From Planctomycetota bacterium (GTDB lineage Bacteria > Planctomycetota > Phycisphaerae > UBA1845): a DNA stretch of 64,000 bases. The notes below the pieces were generated by a model. That model made no database searches. It was given only the letters and a program-made list of their open reading frames with translations, and was not told the DNA's origin. The stretch spans positions 26,822 to 90,821 of the forward strand of contig JBBTCJ010000036.1 in NCBI GenBank assembly GCA_038043285.1, written 5' to 3'. This document shows, in pieces, positions 9,715-19,062 of this stretch (positions are counted from its first letter, which is position 1; each line of letters starts with the position of its first letter). The position numbers and the translations under genes were made by a program.

Positions 9715-11178
9715 CTAGCCGCCCAGCAGCGTCAACACGTTCTGCGACTGCGCGTTGGCGATCGTCAGAATACTGTTGCCCGCCTGCACCAGAATCTGCG
9801 ACCGGGTCAGCTCCGACGTCTCCGCCGCGAAGTCCGTGTCCCGGATCACCGATTCCGACGACGTCAGGTTCTCCGCCGTGATCTGCAACTGTCGGATGTT
9901 GGTCTCCAGCGTGTTCCTCTCGAAGGCTCCCAACCGGCCTCGAAGCACCGCCACCTGCGTGATCACTTCCGAGACGATCTTCGACCCCTCCTGGAACTTT
10001 CCGTTCCGCATCTCGTACCGCTGACCGCTCCGCAGATCGGAAAGATAGCCGAGCACCGCGTTGCCCAGCTTGTTGGCCTGCATGCTCCGGACGCCGATGT
10101 TCTCCTGCAAGTTCGTGTTCACCTGCGGGCCAAGCTGGAACAATGCTCCGCCGTCAGTCACCGCGAAGCTCGTCGTCCCGGCGGTTCCGGTCAGTCCCTG
10201 GGTACCGTTCCCGTACGCCTCAGCCAGAATCACCTCCAGGCCCAGCAGCGTCGAACTAAAACTTAATTTCAGTCCGTCCGACGTCGCTGAAATGCCGTTG
10301 ACCGTGGCCTTCGCGTCTCGACCGACCCCTCGATTGACGATGCCGCCCTGGCGGTTTTTGACCGTGAAAACTCCCGTGCTGCCAACCTCCGTCACGCTGA
10401 CAAAGGCGTCACTTCCGTAATCCTTGCTGTTGAACCTCAACCCGGCCGACGCCCCCGATCCGCTGGTCGTCGCGACGACTCCCGTCGCGTCCGTCTGCGT
10501 ATTGATGGAGCTGGCCATCTGGGCCGTCGTGGCGCTGGCGGGGAACGTCAGGGTGATGATCCCTTCCGGTCCGCGGATGTCCAGCGTCACCCCGGTGGCT
10601 CCCAGGGCCGTCCCGGCGAAGCCGAGCTGCGCCTGTTGCGCCGACTGCGACACCTTGATCGCCACCCCGACGTACGGGTTGGATCCGAACTTCGCCCGAA
10701 GAACGCTGACGTCCGTCAACTTCGTCGACGAGATGCCGCTGGTGATGTAGTCCAACTCGCCGTTAATGACCTTGCGACCCGCGAACGTCGTGGTGTTGGC
10801 GATCCGGGTGATCGAGTCGATCGCGTTGTCGATCTGCAATTGGTTCGCGGCGGTTTCCTCGTCGGAGAACGCGCCGCTGTTGGCCGCCTCGACCAGCAGG
10901 GACTGGATGTCCGTGAGCAGCCTCTGCACTTCGTCCAACGCGCCTTCCGTGGTGGCGATCACGTTGATCGCCCGCGCGGAGTTGTCCACGGCCTGTTTGA
11001 CCACTGCGATTTCCGACCGCAGCCGTTCCGACACGATCAACCCCGCCGGGTCGTCGGCGCCGCGGTTGATCTTCAACCCGCTCGAGAGCCGCTCCAACGC
11101 TTTCGTCAGCGCCCGTTGCGAGACCCCCAGATGACGCTGGGCGATCAGCGACGGCACGTTGCTGTTAATCCTTGACAT
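9715..11178 (-). CDS. fliC: flagellin
   Basis: N-terminus MSRINSNVPSLIAQRHLGVSQRALTKALERLSSGLKINRGADDPAG and C-terminus RDTDFAAETSELTRSQILVQAGNSILTIANAQSQNVLTLLGG are the conserved D0/D1 helices. The ATG at 11178 is preceded by AAGGAGGA. Confidence 0.9.
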   Translation of the reverse strand: MSRINSNVPSLIAQRHLGVSQRALTKALERLSSGLKINRGADDPAGLIVSERLRSEIAVVKQAVDNSARAINVIATTEGALDEVQRLLTDIQSLLVEAANSGAFSDEETAANQLQIDNAIDSITRIANTTTFAGRKVINGELDYITSGISSTKLTDVSVLRAKFGSNPYVGVAIKVSQSAQQAQLGFAGTALGATGVTLDIRGPEGIITLTFPASATTAQMASSINTQTDATGVVATTSGSGASAGLRFNSKDYGSDAFVSVTEVGSTGVFTVKNRQGGIVNRGVGRDAKATVNGISATSDGLKLSFSSTLLGLEVILAEAYGNGTQGLTGTAGTTSFAVTDGGALFQLGPQVNTNLQENIGVRSMQANKLGNAVLGYLSDLRSGQRYEMRNGKFQEGSKIVSEVITQVAVLRGRLGAFERNTLETNIRQLQITAENLTSSESVIRDTDFAAETSELTRSQILVQAGNSILTIANAQSQNVLTLLGG

Positions 11179-11242
11179 GAGCAATCCTCCTTGACTATCC
11201 GTCCGAACTTACCGTCCGGCGGGACATGTCTCCGCGGGTTCG
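11179..11242 (-). promoter_or_regulatory. fliC 5' leader with six GGA motifs, including one over the SD (candidate CsrA binding sites)
   Basis: The minus strand reads ...GGAGACATGTCCCGCCGGACGGTAAGTTCGGACGGATAGTCAAGGAGGATTGCTCATG. The GGA motifs lie at 11233, 11217, 11204, 11200, 11190 and 11187. Confidence 0.5.
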
Positions 11243-11566
11243 TTACCGCGTTCGATGGTTCCTATCGTTTTCCGGTCGTTCTCCGGACGGCGCCTCGCCG
11301 TCACTCGCCTGGCTCCGCTCATCCCTTCCCGAAGGCGGCGCGAAGTCCTCGTGGCCCAGAACGTCCGAGACGTCCTTGGGCTTGAGTCCCGCCGCCTGCT
11401 GATTTTCGCGTTTGATCGCCTCGTACACTTCCTTGCGATGCACCTGGATGTGCCGCGGCGCCGTGATTCCGAGGCGGACCTTGTCCCCTCGAATGTCCAC
11501 GACCGTGATCTCGACTTCGTCGCCGATCATGATCGTTTCGTCGCGTTGTCGTGAAAGCACCAACAT
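11243..11566 (-). CDS. csrA: carbon storage regulator CsrA (flagellar type, long C-terminal tail)
   Basis: [56 protein letters not shown] is the CsrA core. The ATG at 11566 is preceded by GGAAGGAG. The protein is 107 aa, so about 50 aa lie beyond the core. Confidence 0.9.
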   Translation of the reverse strand: MLVLSRQRDETIMIGDEVEITVVDIRGDKVRLGITAPRHIQVHRKEVYEAIKRENQQAAGLKPKDVSDVLGHEDFAPPSGRDERSQASDGEAPSGERPENDRNHRTR

Positions 11567-11787
11567 ACCCGGCTCCTTCCATGTCATGCCGATGCGGCGT
11601 TCCGCCTGAACCTCGGGGAGCGGAGCCGCTCCGCCGCTCGGATTCATCGCCGGGGGGGAGGTCCACTCCCTCGCCACGCCGATCGTCGCCGAACGCGAAC
11701 CCCCGGACCCGCGCATCTGCGGCGCACGGGCGGTGGCCCTTCCCTTGTGATTCTAGGCCTCTTGCCGTATGCATGACCACCCGATCC

Positions 11788-12237
11788 CTAGGCCGTCTTG
11801 CCCATTGCCGCCCGGGTCGGAATCCGCATCAGCGGGTGCCGGGTCGAATAACGCTTGTCGCTCAACACCAACTGCCTCGCCCGTCGATTGGTCACGTTCA
11901 CCACCAGGGGGCCCTGGAGGTTCCCCGTCAGCAGGTCGTCGATCTTGTTGACGATCACGAACACCTGTCCATCACCCTGATTGGTCAGACCAATCTCCTC
12001 CAGATCCTCAACCTTCACCGGAACCTGGTAGTCCGCGACAAACAGCCTCGGATCACAAACCACGAACGCCAGATCCTTCGTGTCCACCGATTGAAGCCAG
12101 TAGAACCCGCTCCCCGGCCCCGTCTGCACCAGGGCATATTCATGCTGCGCCGGAAAGCCCAGGATCCCCTCGTCGAACACGATCAACCGACTCGGATCCA
12201 CCTCCAACTGCCCGAAGCGCGACGTCTCGATACGCAT
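11788..12237 (-). CDS. fliW: flagellar assembly factor FliW
   Basis: MRIETSRFGQLEVDPSRLIVFDEGILGFP...YWLQSVD...NLQGPLVVN follows the FliW pattern. The ATG at 12237 is preceded by GGGAGG. The gene is adjacent to csrA. Confidence 0.85.
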   Translation of the reverse strand: MRIETSRFGQLEVDPSRLIVFDEGILGFPAQHEYALVQTGPGSGFYWLQSVDTKDLAFVVCDPRLFVADYQVPVKVEDLEEIGLTNQGDGQVFVIVNKIDDLLTGNLQGPLVVNVTNRRARQLVLSDKRYSTRHPLMRIPTRAAMGKTA

Positions 12238-12561
12238 CGCGAACCTCCCATGACCCGTGTCCATAGGCCGGCGCTCCTTGCGCGCGGCGATCGTTCGCAA
12301 TCGCCGAGTCCAACGCGCAGACGCCCGCGCGACGCATCCGGCGCCGCGCCCCGGTCCCTCCAAAACCGGCGGCTTTGTTGTCGCACGGAATCCCGGTCAT
12401 CCGGATTTCCCTGCGTCTTGCTTCCCCGGTGCGTGGTCATGGCGACGCACCGCGCCACTGCCTTCTGGTTGCCATCTCCCGCCGCCCTTCCCCTCAGCCG
12501 CATGGGGGCTACGAAATCGGCACCCAACATTCCTTCTCCAACTCTCCGCGCCCCGCGCTGC

Positions 12562-14505
12562 CTACCTCAGAAAATCCAGCAGCGACAGGTTACTGACCAG
12601 CGTGCTGGTCTGCAGCGTCGCCTGCAACCGGGTCATCGCGCCCTGCAAGCGCGTCGTCGCCTCGGCGAAGTCCAAGTCCTGGACCTGCGACAAGAAAGCC
12701 TTGGTGGTCAACGCCGCGTCCTCCAACTGCTGCCGCTTCGCCGTCATCGTCTGCGCCCGCGCGCCGATGATCCCGTGAATCCGAGTGACCTCCTGCCGCA
12801 GCCCGTCCAATCGGTCGCCGGCCGACGCGATCCCCGGCGTGTCGTCGCCGCGTAACGCGTTCTCCAAGTCCGTCAACGCTCCGATGATCCCTTCCGTGCG
12901 TGTCGGATTCACGTCGTTGCCGAGCAGTTCGACGGCTGTGCCGCCGGCCGTCTGCGGATGCAGCCCCAGATCGATCCCCGCCGTCGAAAGATTCGCCAGC
13001 GCCACCCGCAGCGTCCCCGTCCCGCCGGTCTTGTCTTCGATGCGGATGCCGTTGCCCGTCGTGGCGAACGCCGCCTCCACCGCCACGGTCGCCGCCGTCG
13101 CCGCCGCGTTGATCAGGTCGATCACGTCCCCAATCGTCGCGGCCCCGTCCAGATTGACCTCGAAGGACTTCCCATCCTTGGCCATAATCTGCAGATCCGT
13201 CTGCCCGCTCAGGTTGCCGACACCGTCGCCAAAGTTCAGCGAACTCAGCGGGGTGGCCGTGTTCATCGTGCGAATGCCCAGGTCCGTCGCCGTGGTTCCG
13301 TCGTTTTCTCCGATGGCCAGCGACGTTCCCGAAGCCTGGTTGAACACGTCAATGCCCGTCCCGGATTCGTTGATCCTCGCCAGGACGTTCACGCCCGCGT
13401 TGTTGATGGTGTTGATGATGTCCTGAACCGTCGTCGCCTCGGCGATGTCGATGGTCGCGCTGAGCGTCCCGTTGGTGATGATGAATCCGCTTTCCAGATC
13501 GATCCCCGCCCCCGCGGCGAGCGCCTCCACCGGCGTCAGTCGCGTCACCCGTGCCGTCAGCGCCCGGCCTTCGATCGTCGTGGAGCTGGGCGTCGGCGTC
13601 AGCAGACCCAGCCCCGACGCAATCGCCCCGTTGGAAAGGTCGGTAATCGACACCGCGTCGCCGCCCGGCTCCACCGAGATGCCGGTGTCTGACAGCGACG
13701 CGGTGACGTTCGCGCCGGCCTGCCCAGCCGCCGCGTTGATGGCCTCCACCACGTCGCCGATCGTGTCCACGGTGCTCAAATCGACGGTGAACACCCCGGC
13801 TCCCCCAACCTCGTTGAACACCAGCGTCCCTCGCGGAACGGCCTGGCCGTTAGCTCCCGTCACGTCGTCGAGCCGCGTCCCGTCGGTCAGAATCGGGGTG
13901 AGGTCAACCTCGGTTGTAATCGGATCGGACAACGCCCCGAACAGCTCGCTTCCGGGAACGTTGACCGCCGTGGACAGATCCTCGCTGAGTCGGGTGAACA
14001 TCTCTCCGACGTCGCCCTGGTAGAGGATCCCGCCGACACCGTCCACGAAGGGCCTGGTCAGCGTGTCGCGTCCGCCGAAAAGGTATCGCCCGTTGAATTC
14101 GCGGTTGCCCACCATGATGAGCTGTCGGCGCATCGAACCGATGATCTCCGCCTCCGCTTCCCGCTCCTCCCGGCTCGAAAGGCTGCCGACCATCTGGCTG
14201 GCGATCGTGGACGCCTCGACCAGCAATGCGTTGATGTCCGACAGGGCGCTGTCCGCCGCCGAGAGGAAGTTGTCCCCGTGCATCGCGTTGGCCGCGAACT
14301 GCTGCTGCCGCAAGAGGGCCTCCGAGAGGTCCAAGGATCGGGCCGCCCTCGCCGGGTCTTCGCTCGGAACCACGAAGCTCCGACCCGACGATATCTGCGA
14401 CTCGGAGAGGAACAGGTCGCGCTGGTTGCGGCGCAGGGCGTCCAGCACGAAGTTCGTGCGCAGCCCCTGACTCACTCGCGAAATGTTGACCGGACTTACC
14501 GCCAT
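12562..14505 (-). CDS. flgL: flagellar hook-associated protein 3 (FlgL), unusually long at 647 aa
   Basis: Flagellin-like N-terminal helix (SSGRSFVVPSEDPARAARSLDL) and C-terminal helix (VQDLDFAEATTRLQGAMTRLQATLQTS). It sits immediately after flgK. Confidence 0.85.
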   Translation of the reverse strand: MAVSPVNISRVSQGLRTNFVLDALRRNQRDLFLSESQISSGRSFVVPSEDPARAARSLDLSEALLRQQQFAANAMHGDNFLSAADSALSDINALLVEASTIASQMVGSLSSREEREAEAEIIGSMRRQLIMVGNREFNGRYLFGGRDTLTRPFVDGVGGILYQGDVGEMFTRLSEDLSTAVNVPGSELFGALSDPITTEVDLTPILTDGTRLDDVTGANGQAVPRGTLVFNEVGGAGVFTVDLSTVDTIGDVVEAINAAAGQAGANVTASLSDTGISVEPGGDAVSITDLSNGAIASGLGLLTPTPSSTTIEGRALTARVTRLTPVEALAAGAGIDLESGFIITNGTLSATIDIAEATTVQDIINTINNAGVNVLARINESGTGIDVFNQASGTSLAIGENDGTTATDLGIRTMNTATPLSSLNFGDGVGNLSGQTDLQIMAKDGKSFEVNLDGAATIGDVIDLINAAATAATVAVEAAFATTGNGIRIEDKTGGTGTLRVALANLSTAGIDLGLHPQTAGGTAVELLGNDVNPTRTEGIIGALTDLENALRGDDTPGIASAGDRLDGLRQEVTRIHGIIGARAQTMTAKRQQLEDAALTTKAFLSQVQDLDFAEATTRLQGAMTRLQATLQTSTLVSNLSLLDFLR

Positions 14506-14551
14506 CCGCCTGCTCCCGACTTTCCCGCCGATGCGCCTCGTGCCCTATCCG

Positions 14552-16300
14552 TCACCGAATCAACGACACCAACTCCCCCAACAACTCGTCAACCACCGTC
14601 AGAAACCTCGCCGAGCCTTGAAATGCCCGCTGGAACTTCAGCATGGCCACCGCCTCCTCGTCGAGGTTGACTCCGCTGATGCTCTCCTTCTGCGCCTGCA
14701 GTGCCGAAAGAATGGACGACGATGCGTCCGCATCCGCGTTCGCCCCGGCCGCCGACACCGCCGTCGCGTTCGACGCCGCTTGGAATAACTCGGTCAGCGA
14801 ACCCTGTTCCAGGGTCTTGCTCCTTTCGGTCGCCAGGGAGGCCATCCGCCCGGCGTTCACTCCGTCGCCGGGCAGCAGCACCGATGCCGCCGCGATCAGC
14901 GACGGATCGTTCGCGATCGTCTCCGCGACCCCGATGTTGGCCGCGTTCGTTCCCGAAAAGAACACGTTCACGCCCAGCGCCGCCAAAATCCCCGACGAAT
15001 CCGCGCGCGGCGCCTGACCGTCGAACCCGAACACGAACGAGTAACCCGTATCCGCCGCGAAGGCGATGCGGTTGTCGCTGGTCACCGAAGCCGTCACGCC
15101 CTCCACCTGCTCGTTGAACGCGGACACCAGGGAATCCAGCGTCGTGCTTCCGGTGGACGGATCCGTCGCCGTGCTCGGCGGCGTGCCGTCCAGGGTCACC
15201 TCGATCCGGTACGCGACCGGCGTCTGCGTCGCGGTGTCCAGGACGGTGACGTAAAAGCCACCGCTGGTCACCGTCGTTTGAAGGCCGGCCGCCGCACTGT
15301 CCAACGCCGCCGCCGCGTTCAAGACGTCGAACTCTCCGGTCACTTCCGTGAACGGGCTTAACCCCTGTCCGTCGGCATGGACGTGATTCAGGTCGGCGAT
15401 AACCGCAGCCGCCAGCTCGTCGATCCCTGCGATTCGGGCATAGGCGTCCTCGTCGCGAGCCTGCATCAGTCCCGCGATCTTGCCCCCGCCCAGCATCACT
15501 TGCTGTTTCGTGTCCTCGAACCGGACGCTGGTGCGCCCAAACTCGCCCTCGATCGAATGCACCGCGAGAAGCCCGCGAGAGTCCGCCCCCTGCACCAGCG
15601 CCTCGCTGCCGACATAGACGTTGACCGCTCCGTTGGGCTGCTCCTTGACCGTCACGTCCATCAGTTCGCTGAGTTTGCGGATCAAGGCGTCACGCTGATC
15701 CCGCAGCGACGTCGCCTGACTCCGCCGTCCGGCCTCCGCCGTGCTGATCTCTCCGTTGAGTTCCGCGATCTGCCGCGCCAGATCGTCCGCGTTGTTCACC
15801 AGCTGCTCGATCTGTCCGTCAAGATCCTCCCCCAGAGCCCCGAGCTGTCCGCGAAGCGTATGAAAACTCTCCGCCAGTTGCCGCCCCCCGCCGATCACCA
15901 GATCGCGGATCGCGGGATCCTCGGGAGTATTCTGCAACTCGTCGAACAGCAGCCAGAACTCGCTGAGGCGCGACCCCAGTCCTGCTCCGCTGAGGTCGTC
16001 GTAGAACGACTCGACCTGCGCCAGCGCCGATTGCCGCGCGGCTGCCCCTTCCTGCTGGCCGATCGCCAAACGCACGCGGCCCTCCAACGCCTCGTCGATC
16101 ACCCTATGAATGTCGGTCAAAGCCACGCCCGCCCCGGGCTGCAAGTCCCGACCGATCAACTCGCCCTGCAACGGGTCCAGTTGCGGCGTCAGCCGCGTGT
16201 AGTCGGGGCTGCCCGCGCTGCTGATGTTGTTGCCGATCGTTTGCAGCGCGCTCTGATAACTCAGGATCGCGCTGCGTCCGATTTGCAATGACGAGTTCAT
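14552..16300 (-). CDS. flgK: flagellar hook-associated protein 1 (FlgK)
   Basis: MNSSLQIGRSAILSYQSALQTIGNNISSAGSPDYTR is the FlgK N-terminus, and the C-terminus SGVNLDEEAVAMLKFQRAFQGSARFLTVVDELL also matches. The start is ATG 16300; the ORF extends to 16438. Confidence 0.9.
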   Translation of the reverse strand: MNSSLQIGRSAILSYQSALQTIGNNISSAGSPDYTRLTPQLDPLQGELIGRDLQPGAGVALTDIHRVIDEALEGRVRLAIGQQEGAAARQSALAQVESFYDDLSGAGLGSRLSEFWLLFDELQNTPEDPAIRDLVIGGGRQLAESFHTLRGQLGALGEDLDGQIEQLVNNADDLARQIAELNGEISTAEAGRRSQATSLRDQRDALIRKLSELMDVTVKEQPNGAVNVYVGSEALVQGADSRGLLAVHSIEGEFGRTSVRFEDTKQQVMLGGGKIAGLMQARDEDAYARIAGIDELAAAVIADLNHVHADGQGLSPFTEVTGEFDVLNAAAALDSAAAGLQTTVTSGGFYVTVLDTATQTPVAYRIEVTLDGTPPSTATDPSTGSTTLDSLVSAFNEQVEGVTASVTSDNRIAFAADTGYSFVFGFDGQAPRADSSGILAALGVNVFFSGTNAANIGVAETIANDPSLIAAASVLLPGDGVNAGRMASLATERSKTLEQGSLTELFQAASNATAVSAAGANADADASSSILSALQAQKESISGVNLDEEAVAMLKFQRAFQGSARFLTVVDELLGELVSLIR

Positions 16301-16325
16301 CAGTCCCACCGCCGAATCTCCTCGC

Positions 16326-16871
16326 CTATCCGATGGTTTCGAACAGACACGCACCCGACCGCGACGCCACCATGCCTGCCGGCGAATACGACGGTCCGGC
16401 GGGCTCGCCCGGACGGACCGCCGCGAACACCCATGCAAGATGCCGCGTGATTTCCCGGCAGATCATCCCGGCCACGCGATGCGCCTGTTGAACCTTCAAC
16501 ACGGCGCTTCGAAGTTTCCCCGCCGCGTCGTTCAGGTTCCGCCGCTCCTGGTCACCCAATCGCCCCGCCAACCGCGACACCGTCAGGCACCGCGCCGCGC
16601 CCGGCGGCAGCGCCAATTCCTCACCGACCAGGTCGGTCAGTTGCCGCCGCAATCCTTCGCGCTCCTGCAAGCGCTGCACCAGCGACTGTTCGCGGGCCGC
16701 ACACTCCTGCATCGCCGCCACGTCCGCGCGGCGCATCGCTGCGATCTTGCGGTCGATCAGCTCAAACAGCTCGTCCTGAAGTCCGGCCAAATGCCCGAAC
16801 AGCCGAATCAAATCCGGCAGCCGGCTCGGCCCCCTGACCCTCGATAATCCCTGCCGCGTCACGCCGGCCAT
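16326..16871 (-). CDS. FlgN-like flagellar export chaperone (putative)
   Basis: The sequence looks helical and heptad-rich (LQDELFELIDRKIAAMRRADVAAMQECAAREQSLVQRLQEREGLRRQL). It occupies the position directly upstream of flgK, as flgN does in other clusters. No stronger motif was found. Confidence 0.5.
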   Translation of the reverse strand: MAGVTRQGLSRVRGPSRLPDLIRLFGHLAGLQDELFELIDRKIAAMRRADVAAMQECAAREQSLVQRLQEREGLRRQLTDLVGEELALPPGAARCLTVSRLAGRLGDQERRNLNDAAGKLRSAVLKVQQAHRVAGMICREITRHLAWVFAAVRPGEPAGPSYSPAGMVASRSGACLFETIG

Positions 16872-17194
16872 CCCCCGACCTCCTTCGACGCCTGCGCCTG
16901 ACTGATCAGCCGCTGTTGCTTGGCAAGATGCCTGTAAACGGCGTCGCCGACGCCGCGCGAACTCGCCATCCCCGCCCGCTCCGCGAGGATGCCGTCGAGC
17001 TGCCCCCCGAACGCCTCCTCGCCGCGGCCGCCGTGGCCGAATCGCCCCTTCAACTGACTCTCCCGCATGGTCCGCAGCAGCCGTCCGTAGAAGACCGATC
17101 CGACGACCATTCCGCTGGTCTCCTTCAGGCGATGAAGATCCTTCGCTGTTTGCGACGCTGCCGCCGAGGCTTCCGTTGATCGCGTGACGTCCAT
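16859..17194 (-). CDS. flagellar rod-binding protein (FlgJ N-terminal domain only, no muramidase domain)
   Basis: VFYGRLLRTMRESQL...FGGQLDGILAERAGMASSRGVGDAVYRHL matches the Rod_binding domain pattern. The protein is 111 aa and lies between flgI and the flgN-like gene. Confidence 0.7.
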   Translation of the reverse strand: MDVTRSTEASAAASQTAKDLHRLKETSGMVVGSVFYGRLLRTMRESQLKGRFGHGGRGEEAFGGQLDGILAERAGMASSRGVGDAVYRHLAKQQRLISQAQASKEVGGWPA

Positions 17195-17198
17195 TCCG

Positions 17199-18332
17199 TT
17201 AGCCCTCGTACATCAGCTTGGCGTGCAGCTTCCCGGCGCGATGGATCTCTTCCAGGATCGAAACCCGGTCCTTGAACGGAACCTTCAGCCGGTTCAGCGC
17301 TTCCAGAAGATCCTTGACGTTCGGCGAACGCGACTTCTCCAAGTCGATGGGGACGAAGTTCTGTTGATCAATGGTCGGACGGATCAGCGTGCCTTCGGGC
17401 GCGTTCCCCGCGACGGTCACGGTCAATCCCATCTGCGACACGATCACCGGAGAAATCCGCGTCTCGCCCGTGACCACGATCGTTCCCGCGCGGCGATTGA
17501 TCGTCACCCGCGCCTCCCCCGCCTCCATCAGGATCGGGGTGCGCTCCACGTCGCGAATCCAGGAGGCCGGGTCACCCAACTGGTGGTCCGGAACCAGCAC
17601 CACCACGTTCTTGCTGTCCACCGCAAGGGCCACCCGATCGACGTCGGCGGAAATGCTCAGTTCCTTGTCCACCGCCTGGGCGATCGACGTGGCCATCGCC
17701 CAACCCGCGTGCGCATCGTCGAGCACCAGTGTGAGGTAGGACCGCTTGGGTTCGATCCACGGATTGAGCAGGCCCGACCCGCGCAATTCCTCCCCCGCGG
17801 CGAGCACATTGACGAAAACGTCCCGCTCCAAGCGGGCGCCGTCGCGAATCACACCCACCGTCAGGGTCTCGGACTCCAGCACGATCGGCCCGGAGGCGAA
17901 GGCGAACAGCCCTTCCACCCGGGCATCGTGATAGACCAGCGGAGTGGACAACAGACGGCCGCCGACGAGGCTCGTCGCCGCCAGGGCCGTGACGTTGACG
18001 TTGGTCAATTCGCCTTCGCGCCCGCCGTTCTCGGGAACCACCGCCTCGACCATCACCATCGCGGTGTTCTTGCTCGCCTCGACCTCTTTGAGTGATTGCA
18101 CCTCGGCGCCGAACCGGGCCGTCATTTCGGCGACCGCGCGCATCGTCGGAGCATACTTGCTTCCGTCGCCCGTGCCTTTCAGCCCGGTGACCAGGCCGTA
18201 TCCGATGAGCACGTTGCGCCCCTGACCCTGTAAATGGGTCACATCGCCGACCCGCGCCGTGGGGAACTGCGCTGGCGCCGAGGGCGCCGCCAGGGCGAGT
18301 GCCACCACCATCCTTGCCGCAAGACTCCGCAC
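17199..18332 (-). CDS. flgI: flagellar P-ring protein FlgI
   Basis: A signal peptide followed by ARVGDVTHLQGQGRNVLIGYGLVTGLKGTGD. The C-terminus has LLEALNRLKVPFKDRVSILEEIHRAGKLHAKL. Confidence 0.95.
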   Translation of the reverse strand: MRSLAARMVVALALAAPSAPAQFPTARVGDVTHLQGQGRNVLIGYGLVTGLKGTGDGSKYAPTMRAVAEMTARFGAEVQSLKEVEASKNTAMVMVEAVVPENGGREGELTNVNVTALAATSLVGGRLLSTPLVYHDARVEGLFAFASGPIVLESETLTVGVIRDGARLERDVFVNVLAAGEELRGSGLLNPWIEPKRSYLTLVLDDAHAGWAMATSIAQAVDKELSISADVDRVALAVDSKNVVVLVPDHQLGDPASWIRDVERTPILMEAGEARVTINRRAGTIVVTGETRISPVIVSQMGLTVTVAGNAPEGTLIRPTIDQQNFVPIDLEKSRSPNVKDLLEALNRLKVPFKDRVSILEEIHRAGKLHAKLMYEG

Positions 18333-18342
18333 GCCGGTGCTC

Positions 18343-19062
18343 CTAGAACGGCTTCAACATGTCCAACAACTTGGTCACCCAACCTCGGGTCGCCACCGAC
18401 CGCAGCGCGCCCGCATTGGACACGCTGACCACCTTGTCGGCGATCTGCGTGCTCAGCACGGTGTTGTCCGAGGTCACGTCTTCCTTGCGGCACGTCCCGG
18501 TCAGCGTGATCTCGCTCGATTCGTCGTCGTGGGTGATCTTGGCCCTGCCTTCCACTACCAAAAGCCCGTTGGGCTTCACGTCCAGAACCTTCGCCGCCAG
18601 CCGCGTGGTCATGCGGTCTTCGCGCGACGAGTCCCCCTTCGACTTCGACACCTGGTCGTACTTGTAGTCGATGTTGGGCTTTCCGCGTCGGAACGTCGCG
18701 GCCCCGATGCCTCGGTCGATCGGTCGGATGAACGCATCCAGCTCGCTCTTGACGTCGAACTGTGTCTTGGTCTTCAGGTCCGAATCCGCCTCCCACTGCC
18801 GCTGCTCGCGGACGATGACGGTGATCAGATCGCCGGGCTTGAACGACTTGGGCGGCAGCGGACGCTGCGCCGTCCACGCGTACCGGGTGTACACGGCGTT
18901 TCGCGGTGCGTCCTGCGACTCGCGCGGCAGCTTTTCCACCGGCTTGATCGCGTCGAGCTGGCGCTTTTTCGCTCCCAGCGACGAAGTCTGCGCCGGGGCC
19001 GAGGCCGCACCCGACCAGGTCAGCAAGACCGCGACAAGGCAGATTCGCTGCGGCTTCATCAT
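18343..19062 (-). CDS. flgH: flagellar L-ring protein FlgH
   Basis: An N-terminal signal peptide is followed by PGDLITVIVRE and GLLVVEGRAKITHDDESSEITLTGTCRKEDVTSDNTV, matching the FlgH pattern. The start overlaps the flgA stop (ATGATGA). Confidence 0.9.
   Translation of the reverse strand: MMKPQRICLVAVLLTWSGAASAPAQTSSLGAKKRQLDAIKPVEKLPRESQDAPRNAVYTRYAWTAQRPLPPKSFKPGDLITVIVREQRQWEADSDLKTKTQFDVKSELDAFIRPIDRGIGAATFRRGKPNIDYKYDQVSKSKGDSSREDRMTTRLAAKVLDVKPNGLLVVEGRAKITHDDESSEITLTGTCRKEDVTSDNTVLSTQIADKVVSVSNAGALRSVATRGWVTKLLDMLKPF

Noticed and set aside
16326-16871. Whether this ORF is the anti-sigma factor FlgM rather than FlgN
   Set aside because: At 181 aa, and helical throughout, it is too long for FlgM, and it lacks the FlgM C-terminal sigma-28-binding pattern. 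Its position directly upstream of flgK fits FlgN, but the call remains low-confidence.
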